Part shown: positions 40,442 to 51,703 of the stretch, piece after piece
How positions within the stretch are numbered: position 1 is the stretch's first letter
Layout of the letters: every line of letters starts with the position of its first letter
Origin: Octopus sinensis
Taxonomy: Eukaryota
DNA: 64,000 bases
Direction of reading: 5' to 3'
NCBI RefSeq assembly: GCF_006345805.1
Contig: NC_043005.1
Span: 97,588,001 to 97,652,000 of the forward strand
The notes under the pieces: generated by a model
What the model was told of the DNA's origin: nothing
Seen by the model: the letters and a program-made list of their open reading frames with translations, nothing else
Databases searched by the model: none
Translations under genes and position numbers: made by a program

Positions 40442-40715
40442 GCCTTACTGACACCTGTGCTGTGGCATGTGTAAAAAGATTCGAGCGAGGTCATTGCTAG
40501 TATCGTCTGACTGGCCCCCGTGCCGGTGGCACGTAAAAAGCATCCACTACACTCTCAGAGTGGTTGGCTTTAGGAAGGGCATCCAGCTGTAGAAACTCTG
40601 CCAGATCAAGATTGAAGCCTGGTGCAGCCATCTGGTTCGCCAGACCTCAGTCATTCATCCAACCCATGCTAGCATGGAAAGCGGATGTAAAACGACGATG
40701 ATGATGATGATGATA
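40442..40715 (+). mobile_element. RTE LINE 3' tail (subfamily 2) flanked by a 42-bp or longer duplication
   Basis: Conserved tail with (GAT)n; flanks 40400-40441 and 40725-40766 differ at one base. Confidence 0.9.
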
Positions 40716-41238
40716 TAAAAAATCATAAATGAAAGAGAAATAGTTTGATAAAATTTTATTTAACAATAAGAAAATACTAAATATCATGACAAATTGTTTT
40801 GTAACTTAGAAACATGTAAATAATTTTTATTATATAATAATAAATTATTACATTCAACTATTTCTGTTATTTATGACTTTATACGCTCCTTTTCGTTTTC
40901 TCTTGTATTGTACTGTATATTCTATGTTTTGTAGAATGATTTATTAAGGAGCTTTTATTTAGGAGTACTATCGAATTACTTGAATCCATATATTGTGACT
41001 CCTATCTATATAAAGAAAACAGGCCCATTGTCGTATAGCATTAAATATATGTTGTGTACACTGACCACACTTCATACAATTTGTCCACCAACAGTATTTT
41101 GTTTATTTTATTTATATTGAAATACAGCATTTTTTTCCTGTTTTGCATATATCTTGGCAAAAATTGACAATGCTTTGACTCATATAAATAGACCCAAGCA
41201 CTTGACTGGTCATTCCATATCTTATACTGTCTTACACC

Positions 41239-41241
<3 letters not shown>

Positions 41242-41290
<49 letters not shown>
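41242..41290. repeat. (AT)n(CA)n compound microsatellite
   Basis: Direct reading. Confidence 0.95.
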
Positions 41291-41929
41291 TATATATATC
41301 ATGCTAGTTACTCATTCTGTTGGCACACAGTGTTTCTCACAAATAGCAAGAAACCCAGAGTAGCAATGAAGTAAATAACTAGTGTTAAATGAATATACTC
41401 TGTACATGTATTGAGCATTCTTTATCTTTTTATACCTCTTGTCGCATGAGAGAGAGAGAGAGAGTTGCAACCTAATAGTCATTGATAAATCTGAAAAGTT
41501 GTAAGAGACATGAAATACGTATGTACAGATAAAAATAGACTATTGGTACACGAGGAAAGCTAGGTGATATCTGATCAATGTTGCCTGGCTTAACCTTTCT
41601 GCACATATGCTTTGGGACAAACCAGATGTTTAAAAATTATCTCATAATAAAGATTAGTCAAAATATTTGCAGTATTTTTTAATTAGTATTGTCATCCAAT
41701 CAATTGTGTGTGTGTGTGTGTGTGTGTAAATAAATAAGGTTTCTCAATTTCTTGTAGGTTAATATGAATTTGAATGCAGAGCTAAATAATGTTTAACTCT
41801 TTAGCATTCATTTTACTGTCAAATGTAATGCTCTATTTTGTATTTTACTTGTGTCAGTCATTGGGCCATGCTGGGGCACTGCCACACTGGTTTGAATTAA
41901 TCGTGCATTATACTGTAGTTCTAGGTTCA

Positions 41930-42023
41930 GTGCCACTGCATGGCACCTTGGGCAAGTATCTTCTACTATTGCTTTGGGCTAACCAAAGCCATGAGTGGAT
42001 TTGGTAGTCAGAAACTGAAAGAA

Positions 42024-42067
<44 letters not shown>

Positions 42068-42285
42068 GTGTGTCTTTGTGTCTGTGTTTGTTTCCCCCCA
42101 TCACTGCCTGACAACCAGTGTTGGTGTGTTTACGTCCTTGTGAATTAGCAGTTCAGCAAAAGAAACTGATAGAATAAGTACTAGGCTTTAAAAAAATGTC
42201 TTGGAGTCAATTTGTTTGACTAGAACCACTTCAAGGCAGTGCTCCAGCATGGCTGCAGTCAAATGACTGAAACAAGTAAAAGAAT
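41930..42285 (+). mobile_element. Older SINE family A copy with expanded internal (TA)n
   Basis: GGCACCTTGGGCAAGTATCTT core, GATAGAATAAGTACTAGG, GCAGTCAAATGACTGAAACAAGTAAAAG end. Confidence 0.8.
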
Positions 42286-42883
42286 ATAGACAACAGGATG
42301 TGATTTGAGAGATATTTGGTTGTTAATTATTTCAGCCATGTTGGATAACCATGTAGAGGTTCCATCGTTAGCTTTTTTTTTTATTACAACAGAAAGAGCA
42401 CCACAACAAGAAAGCGTGTTTTTAAACAATGGCCTTCTTGATAAATACATCAATTAGTTTAAGTGACATGATGTAGTTGTTTAAAAAAAATCTTAAGACA
42501 CACTATTTGTTTACATTCAAGATACTGGCTTTTTCTGAAGATGCTGAGAGCCATCTTATCAAAGAACCATCAGGGAGTCTGTAAAGTGAAAATCTACTGA
42601 GACATGCAAGCATTTCAAAAGGTGAATCAAAACACCTGCTTAATGGTGCCTACACAGCCAAAGACAACATTGAAAAAACAAAAGAATCTATTGAAAACTA
42701 ACTCTAACATAGTACCCATATATAATGTCATGGAGAGTGCATGAAACAACAAGGTGGTGGTATTTGAGTAAAAACTCAAGTAGCATTTATAATAATTTAA
42801 AATTATTTTCAGTTGAATTCTTACATTTCTCTGGTAAAATATGAATTTTAAAAAATTACAATTCTTTTCTCTAATCTTGTATA

Positions 42884-43314
42884 CTAGCTGATGTACCTGG
42901 TAATTGTTGGGAAAGCGGGGCTTATTCCTTGGTTCCGTTCTCATAATTGTTTCGCTAATCCAATAACATTACAATGTAGCCCTTAAAATGGTTTTTGTGC
43001 ATTTACAGAGAATACCGAACTGTCTTACACAGGATCTTGTTTTTAGGAATTCCCAATAAGTTATGAATACCCAAATTGTGAAGTCTGTTATGTAATAACA
43101 TGAAATTAGTTACTCAATAGTAAGAATTCAATTAAAGTAACCCCAAAAAGGGCTTTAATGTGTTCCCAGAGTATATGGAACATAAGAGGAAATACTAATA
43201 AAGTATGTATACTAAAATTGTGAAGCATGTTACGTAATAACAGGCTAATCAGATATGAGATAATAACAATTCAAAGTAAATAACTCTGAAAAGGGCTTTT
43301 GTGTGTTCCCAGAG
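42884..43314 (-). mobile_element. Probable Helitron 3' end with two diverged ~142-bp tandem units
   Basis: Minus strand CCCAACAATTACCAGGTACATCAGCTAG|T resembles a decayed hairpin+CTAG terminus. Units 43062-43171 and 43204-43314 share AAATTGTGAAG..GTAATAACA..AAAAGGGCTTT..TGTTCCCAGAG. Confidence 0.45.
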
Positions 43315-43599
43315 GACATTATCCTCAGGGGCGGAGGTCAACAATTTTGAGAGGAGGGGTAGTCAATAACACTGATTTCAGTACTTCACTGGTGCTTATT
43401 TTATTGAACCTGAAAGAAACATCTACTGAAAGAAGATCTCTGATCAGCTATTACACTTCAAAACCAACCATTCACAACATTTGTTACACTGGGCCGATGA
43501 ATCAGCTTCAAAGTTTTTTCAGCTTGTAGCACTTAGGCTGATGAATTTGCCTGGGTGTCCCAAGAGGGTTAATAATTGTTTCCAGTTTAGAATATCTTC

Positions 43600-45530
43600 T
43601 GAGAAGGCAACAGTAACTGGGTAGGTGGTGTGGGTACATCAATGTAGTCAGAATGTGCGATAGGATACTTAAGCTTATATTAGTTTTGCAAGGTAGTACA
43701 GCAACTATTATTTCTGCCTATGGCTATCAAATGAACAAAAGAATAGATCTCATGATACTCTTTTGCAGACTACCTCAAAGACAAATGACAGTGACCTTAT
43801 CTTTGTGGCTGGTGACTTCAATAGAAATGTTGGGCAGCATCTGGAGTTCTGTGATGCAAATAACCTAATGATCTGCAACACCATCTTCAAGAAACCAGCC
43901 AGTCACCAGATAATCTATCAATCTGACTGCCTACATTCTCACCAGAAGTCGGGATATATAGCTGCTCAAAAATGCAAAGACCTTCCCAGGCGGAGAATGT
44001 ACTCCTCAACATAGGTTAGTCACTAGTGACTTTAGATGCTAGGTTAGAAAGATTCCAATATGCAGATCAATCTAGAAAAGAAGGATTTGGAAGCTTAAGG
44101 ATACTTAGAATAGTCAGAGATTTAAAGACATCTTAATTGAAGCATTTGATGAGAAACAAGATGAATTACAGACATGTAACAGAGGACAGATGAAGGTCCC
44201 TACAGGACAACTTATATGTGGCTGGTGTAAAATCCCAAACAGGGGTAGGGTGACATGGTGGTGGAACAGTGTAGTAGACAGGGACATAAGTGCAAAGAAA
44301 CAGGACTGGAAGAGTTGGAGTAGCTAGAATGAAAACTAGGAGGCAGGTGTATTTACCTTGGGAAGGAGCTGAAAGGAAGAAGTTTGCCTATGTTGTGCAG
44401 TGTGAGGACCAGAGGCACGAGGTATTCTGGATTGCAAGGGTGTGTATCAGAAAATTGTGATCTTGCAGGAATGAAGTGTGTTTGGATGAATGATGGCACA
44501 CTTGCACTTAATGACCTTCCAAAGAAAGAGGCATAGAAGTGTCACTATAAAAGGCAGCTAAATGTAGAGAATGCATAGTAGAAGGAGACCCAATAGAGGG
44601 ACATGCTAGGAAAGTCCCTGGCCCCATCAACATGCTTAAAATATCTGGCAGAGTAGGCTTTGTCACCTGTATAGTGAATCAAGTTATCCAGGAAGGGGTC
44701 ATACCCAACAACTGGTGTAGAAGCATTATAATCAACTGCTAAAAAAGGAAAGGTAATGTTTCAGATTGAAGTAATTCAAGAGGAATCAAATTGCTAGACC
44801 AGGTCATGGAAGTTACAGAAAGAGTCGTAGCTCAACTAATTATGAAGAGAGTTAACCAAGATGAGATGCAGTTTGGTTTTGTGCCAGAGAAAAGCACCAC
44901 TGATGCTATCTTCCTAGTCAGGCAAAATGCAAGAGAAACATTCAGCAAAAAATAAACTGCTATACTTGGCATAAGTTGACATGAAGAAAGCCTTTGACAG
45001 GGTCTCACACTCACTTATCTGGAGGTCAGTGTAAGGGCTATAGGCAGATGAGCTGTTGGTGAGAGTCATGCATGTACATGGACGCTGTCAGTAAGATCAA
45101 AGTCAGCATTGGGTACAGTAATGAATTAGTGTGCAGGTAGTTCACCAAAGATCAGTTTTCAGCCCCTTCATTTATTGTAGCCCTAATTTAAAACTGGTTG
45201 CCTTTGAGAGCTTCTCTATGCTGACAACATTGTTTTTATTGATGAATCTCTACCAGAGTAAAAAACGGAAATTTAGAAGCAAGGCCTGGAATCTAAGAGG
45301 CTTAGCAAAGGTCAAAGAGCTAGTAAGCAGACAAATTACTAATCCTTTCAGGGAACTGGCCTTGTTCAATATGTAGAAAAGGTGTAGGTAGAAATTTAAT
45401 TTGGTGTACCCAGTGCAAGCTATGGACACATAAGAGGTGCAGTGGAATCACAGGAAGGTTAACAGAGAAAGTAGTCATGTGTGTGGTAGGTAGATATGCA
45501 GGTACAATGAACACTATATCTTTAACTACC
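43600..45530 (+). mobile_element. Long, degenerate RTE-clade LINE ORF2 (APE endonuclease to RT)
   Basis: TIISAYG, LIFVAGDFNRNVG, LEFCDANNLMICNTIFKK, QFGFVPEKSTTDAIFLVRQ, VDMKKAFDRV, ELLYADN motifs; many stops and frameshifts. Confidence 0.9.
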
Positions 45531-46123
45531 AACTTTTTGTTCCTTCTTAGATTTTATTTTTGCTCACTCAGCCATTTTACCATACCATCTCAAATATTTC
45601 AGAGATGACTCAACATCTTAAATTAGTTAAATATTTAAGACTACAGACATAAACATAGTACCTAAAATGAATATATTAACTGAAGAGATGTGCAACTAAA
45701 AGGTGAAGATATCTATATTTTGTGAAATGTCATTCCAATAATACATCAGCATATCATTTTTTATTTTAGTTAAAAAACAAAATGATTCTAAAGCTTGCCT
45801 TTCATAGCTCTCACTCTGTGATCAAGTAGCAGTAATATAATATTGATACAACTGACCTTATACATTCAAACAAAAGTTGGCTTTGTGCCTAAGACAAAGG
45901 ATATCAAACTACGAGCTTCACCCTACAATCAGATATTGGAATATAAAGTGTTATTTTCTCTCTCCATGGATGGGCTTGTGCTATCCCAAAAGTTAGGTTT
46001 TAAAACATATGGTACCACTGAGTGGGATTTAATTGCAATTTGGAGCCAATCAACTAACAGCATAACAATTTATGATAAATTTCAAGAATACAATAATTTA
46101 TTAATAACAGTTAATATACTTAC

Positions 46124-46242
46124 CCATCATCTAGTAAAACTCTTGGTACAAGCGATGTTAATTTAAAACAAAGCCTTCCAGGAATTTTCTTGAAAAATTT
46201 TTCTTTCCTTTGATGCCTATGTGTTTGAAGTGATCCCCGAAC
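46124..46242 (-). CDS. DCAF15: DCAF15 internal coding exon (equivalent to human exon 2): VRGSLQTHRHQRKEKFFKKIPGRLCFKLTSLVPRVLLDD-G
   Basis: Minus strand tttgatag|GTTCGG...GATGG|gtaagt; 119 nt = 39 codons + 2 nt. FFKKIPGRLCFKL..LDDG aligns by eye with human DCAF15 LFRKLPPRVCVSL..LYAG (recalled). Phase joins the next exon (GG|G). Not in the ORF track. Confidence 0.88.
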
Positions 46243-46805
46243 CTATCAAAAATAAAAGTGTACAAATATTTCATTAGCCTAAGTAAAAATTGACTAAATC
46301 TTGAATAAAATATTGCAAATAGTGGCAATTAATCTGAAGTTTTTAACTCAAACAAAAATTACAGGTGCACACTATGAAAAAACAAAAAAAAGGACATTTA
46401 GTCAGGAAAATCAGACTTCATTTAATACATATATCTTTTATCACAATTCATATATAGAATATAAAGAAAGCCAGGAGGTATGTGATAAATATATTTATTT
46501 CACCATAAGATTACGATGGTTTCACAGCTTGGTCCACTAAAGAAGCCTTTTTGTGAGTACCACAGGATTAGATAAATTCATATATATATATATATATATG
46601 AATAAAAAGATTTTTTTCAAAATTTTCATACATCAAAAAGATTAATTATATTGTTTTGTCTTTTTATTTGCAGTAACACTAAATCCCAAATATTTAATTA
46701 CAAATATCTTATGATATTCCAAGCAAATATAATATAAACTGAAGGATACAGAGCAATAACAAGAAGCAAAATGAAGGAAATTGAGTACAACAAAATTTAT
46801 TTTTA

Positions 46806-48059
46806 GGTAGATGGCTCTGCTCAATCTGTAGAAAAGGCATAGGTAGGAACTCTGTAAGATGCACCAAGTGTAAGCTATGGACACGTAAGAGGTGCTGCAA
46901 TGTCAAAGGAAGACTAACTAGGAAGATAGTTTTTGTATGTGGCAGATGCTCAAGAGCAATAAACACTGAAAATGTGCAGAGACCAACTTCCACCACATTC
47001 CAGGGAGAAAAACTAGAAATATTTGATAGCTTCCGTTACCTAGGTGACCAAGTCAGTAGCGGGGGTGGGTGTGCTGAAAGTGTAACTGCTAGAGTAAGAA
47101 TAGCCTGGGCAAAGTTCAGAGTTCTTACCCCTGCTGGTGTCAAGGCCTCTCGCTCAGAGTAAAAGGTAGACTGTATGATGCATGTGTACGAACAGCTATG
47201 CTACATGGTAGTGAAACATGGGCAGTGACTACTGAGGATATGCGTAAGCTCACAAGAAATGAAGCCAGTATGCTCCGATGGATGTGTAATATCAGTGTTC
47301 ATACTCGACAGAGTGTAAGTACCTTGAGAGAAAAGACAGACCTAAGAAGCATCAGTTGTGGTGTGCAAGAGAGACTTTTGCACTGGTATGGTCATGTGAC
47401 AAGAATGGATGAAGATAGTTGTGTGAAAAAGTGCCACACCCTAGCGGTTGAGGGAACCTGTGGAAGAGGTAGACCCAGGAAAACCTGGGACGAGGTGGTG
47501 AAGCACGACCTTCGAACTTTAGGTCAAACCAAGGAAATGACTAGAGACCGAGACCTATGGAAGTATGCTGTGCGTGAGAAGACCCGGCAGGACAAGTGAG
47601 ACCATAACCCGTGGCCTCTACATGGGATGTAGCCAGTCCACTTATGCATACCTTTGCTTCTTGGAACACAAAACTCTACTTGTGAAGACATGTTGAGGCA
47701 AGTGAGAATCAGAATCAAAATCGATCTACATCAATGGAAATTGTACCTGTGATACCAGTGCTGGTGGCATGTAAGCAAACCACCCGAACGTGGCCGTTGC
47801 CAGCGCCACCCCGACGGGCCTCCGTGCCGGTGGCACCTAAAAAGCACCATCCGGCCGTGGCCGTTTGCCAGCCTCCCCTGGCACGTAAAAAGTACCCACT
47901 ACACTCACGGAGTGGTTGGCGTTAGGAAGGGCATCCAGCCGTAGAAACATTACCAAACCAGACTGGAGCCTGGTGCAGCCTCCTGGCTTCCCAGACCCCA
48001 GTTGAACCGTCCAACCCATGCTAGCATGGAAAGCGGACGCTAAATGATGACGACGATGT
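46806..48059 (+). mobile_element. Younger 5'-truncated RTE LINE (ORF2 C-terminus, 3'UTR, (GAT)n tail)
   Basis: WLCSICRKGIGRNSVRCTKCKLW.., FRYLGD, MLHGSETW, WYGHVTRM, GRGRPRKTW (ORFs 46974-47162, 47198-47599). The 3'UTR identifies the many tail copies as RTE-derived. Confidence 0.93.
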
Positions 48060-48365
48060 AATAAAATAATTATTTTCTCAAATGCTTTTGCACCCTCATC
48101 TGATAAATGTCAATACAAAGAAAAGATAAAATGGCTTAAGCTACATCAGATAACCATGCAACACAGACGTAAAAAAGATACAATGGAACTAATGTACAAA
48201 CTAGGTGTCTTGAAGCTATTCCGGACCCAATGCCTATAAATGAACTAGCATGTGAAATCAAGGTTTGTATAAATTAAACGTTTGACCTAATCCAATTAGT
48301 CTTGACTGCTACAAAACAGGTTAAAATCATATTATGATTATAGGTAAAAAGCCATAATTTCTTTT

Positions 48366-48620
48366 ATCATCATCGTTTAACATCCGCTTTCCATGCTAGC
48401 ATGGGCTGGACGATTTTGACTGAGGTCTGGCAAACCAGATAGCTGCACCAGGCTCCAATCTTGATCTGGCAGAGTTTCTACAGCTGAATGCCCTTCCTAA
48501 CACCAACCACTCCGAGAGTGTAGTGGGTACTGGCAATGACCTTGAATCTCTTTACACATGCCACCAGCACAGGTGCCAGTAAGGCAATGCTGGTAACGAT
48601 CACGCTCGAATGGTGCCCTT
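48366..48620 (-). mobile_element. RTE LINE 3' tail (subfamily 2)
   Basis: Reverse complement matches 40442-40715. Confidence 0.88.
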
Positions 48621-48719
48621 TTACTACCTTGTAGAGAAATAAATTCTCTTTTAAACAACATAAAACATGTTGCCAATGCGTTTTATTATAATACACATTA
48701 TTTATAAATGGGAATAAAG

Positions 48720-49020
48720 GAGTAAAGATGCCCCTTGGTCATGAATGATCATGAGATTGCATTTAGAAAGTTCCCCTCCTAGGCACAAGTCTGGACAAGA
48801 TTGTTTATGGAAAACCAGCAGTCCCCCATGCATACCAGCTTCCTCTCTCCATGTCACCAATGTTATCCAAGGGAAAGGCAAAGCTTGATACAGCTTAGCA
48901 CCAGTGCTGTCACAACTCATTTCTACAGATGAATGAACTGGAGCAATGTGAAATAAAGTGTCTTGCTCAAGAACACAACACACAGTCCAGTCAGGGAATT
49001 GAACTTACAACCTCATGATC
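48720..49020 (-). mobile_element. tRNA-headed SINE, third family (related copy ~37100-37290)
   Basis: Minus strand GGTTAGAGCATCGAGCTTATGATCATGAGGTTGTAAGTTCAATTCC head followed by GTTCTTGAGCAAGACACTTTATTTCACATTGCTCCAGTTCA. Confidence 0.7.
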
Positions 49021-51494
49021 ATAAGCTCGATGCTCTAACCTTCACTTGAAATGGGATAAAAGAGGGAATTTTAAATTAAGAAGCAAAACTTCAACAAATA
49101 TGAAATCTTAGAATGTCTTGATTAGACATTCACCTGGACTTATTATTTTTTTTATATATAAAAAACTTACAGAGCAAAAAACTTTCTCGTACTAATTAGA
49201 ATTGGCAAGTAAGAAATGTAACTGAGTCAAAGAGAATTAACCAGTTCAGGAATAGATTTGCCAAATATCAGAATATTTAATGCATTTAAAACAGCATTCT
49301 GATATGCTGAAAAAGACTTGTATGAAACAATTTGGCATTCAGTCGCTCCCTCTCCATCATAAAAAAAGGTAATAGTTATGCTAAGAAGGAGACAAAAGGT
49401 AGTTGATCTTCATTATTTAATGTATGACATTGATTTGAGATACAGCAAAAAACAAGCTAACTGCCATTGTTGACAAAAATATTCAAATTACAACAATCTT
49501 AAACAGAAACCACAGAGAAATAATACGAAAATTACTATCATTATTCTAAGTTTCAGCTTTTAATTATAAACTTCTTGTTTTTATTCTGCTGTTTCTAACG
49601 CTGAACAAATATTTTAGATTAATCTCTTCCTTTAATATTCTTTGGCTCTTGACAAACTAAAAGAAGACAAACAATGAGAGACAGTTTAATATTGATTTCT
49701 TACTAAAGCACAGTCATAAATTTATGCAGAGAAGAGAATGAGTTTCTCTGATATTTGTACATTTTTCAACAGAACAACTAGAGTATCTGAATCATCAATC
49801 AACAAGAGGGAAAATGACCAGGTCGGTTGGATTATTAGGATCTTAATTCTTGCTCTGATGCTTAAGACAAGCTTAATATCAAAATCAGCATATTCAATGC
49901 TGAAAGGAAACTATTCCTCAAGATATTAAGAGATAATGAAATATGATTTGAATCATTAATTCTACTATTTTTCAAAGAGCAAAATGCCACTTTAGTATTT
50001 ATGTTGTCATAATTTTCAGAAGGTAAATTTAAACTCAATGTAAACGGAAAAGAAACTCTTTTGTGAACTGACATAAGTAAATTGATAAACACTACATTAT
50101 GAACAGAATGTTTTTAATCCAGTAACTGCAATACAATTTATGCAGCCAAAACATTTCGGCTTCAATTTTGTTCTGCTTTTAATTTAATATTCACTCATGT
50201 GTTCTAATACACACTTAAATCCATATATATTCATTCATATTAAAATGTCAAGTAAAATGAGTTGTACAGCATTTTCTGTTGAATATATCAGATATCCTGC
50301 AACTATGAGAAAAATTGTAAAATCAAGCTTCAAATTATTTTATATACTTTTTCCTAGAAGTGTTATGATAAAATTTTTTTTACTATATAATGAAGCTAAT
50401 AGTTCTTAAGTGTAAATGTTCCCGCTGGCTAGAAAACATAATGAAACAGCTTTCCTGTTGCTAATCAGCAGGGATAAAATCTTCCTACACAATCTTACAA
50501 GTAAAGTATAATATAACACTAACTTATTCTGATATCAGTAACTGTTGTTGCCCTTGACAAAGCTAAATTATTTATCTATCTATCTATTAGAAGTTTCCTG
50601 TCTGATTGCTTCATCAGAGCATATGTTGGTGTGTGTGTGTGTGTGGGTGTGTTTGGGGGAGGAGCTCTCTTCAACCCGCATTCTAGCAATTCAAGTGTAC
50701 TCTAAGGTTTAGTTGACTCTACCACACTCATTTCTGCACGACCTACTTACTGTTACTTATAATCACACACACCTACAAAAAGTCACCCTACACTCCTTCA
50801 CATTTCTGCACAACAGACATTGTGCATACACCATCTAGACATATCTTGCCAGTCAGGCATTGTTTCCGTAGAGAGGCTTTAAAAATATCCTTCATTTGAA
50901 AATATGGCAACCCCAAATACATCTGATACACATTAAGGAAATACTCCCTTTTTACATGAACAGCACACAACAAAAAACCCCTTTAAAGTCACTAAAAATG
51001 CTAAATCTCACAATCTCTTTCGTACAGTTACGTCATATATAAAGTAACCTTTCCAAAAACTGCATACTAAAGACAAAGTTTTCTCTTCAAAGTCAGAAAA
51101 CATTTCACTTGTTGACTTAGATTGAACAAGTGCTACTGATACACATTAATATCTTTGGCTGCATCCCTCAAATGACCATTGGTCTTATTGGTAATGCCTG
51201 CTAGCATGCTGTTTCTTTTCTGTCTTTTCTATCGTTAACTACAATTTTCTGTTTCTCTAAACTGGCAAGCAACATAATTCATTTTGCATTTCCACCTTAT
51301 CTCCATTATGTGTCATCTCTGAACCTCACATTTTTACCAATCATTTTCTCAGACTATAAAGGTATATGGATTTCATTGCATCAATTCCATTAATGTGAAA
51401 TCTTGTAAAAATCTTCAGTGCAGTTGTCCTCCTCAATACAACAAAAACACTTCTAAAAGCCTTTGCAGTATTAAGCCTATTACATATATCTTAA

Positions 51495-51703
51495 CCCTTT
51501 TGTTACTGTATTTATTTTAAGATGCTCTGTATTTCTTTTAATTAAATAAAACAAAGAATTTAGTAAAATAACTTAGTTATCATTCAGCTATTGTTAGGAA
51601 TGCGAATTGTGACTAAGGCTTGGTGGAATATTTTAATCCCAAACTTATGAAAACAAGACATTTGTACTCAGAGCCAGTTTCAGATGGGTTGGTAACAAAA
51701 GGG
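51495..51703 (-). mobile_element. piggyBac-type MITE, family 1
   Basis: TTAA|CCCTTTTGTTAC...GTAACAAAAGGG|TTAA; reverse complement of the 15809 copy. Confidence 0.88.

Noticed and set aside
45843-46166. 107-aa plus-strand ORF overlapping exon 2 antisense
   Set aside because: No recognisable motifs; TTG start; expected by chance opposite a coding exon.
50788-50973. Cys-containing 61-aa minus ORF
   Set aside because: No zinc-finger spacing, no convincing splice sites and no DCAF15 similarity.
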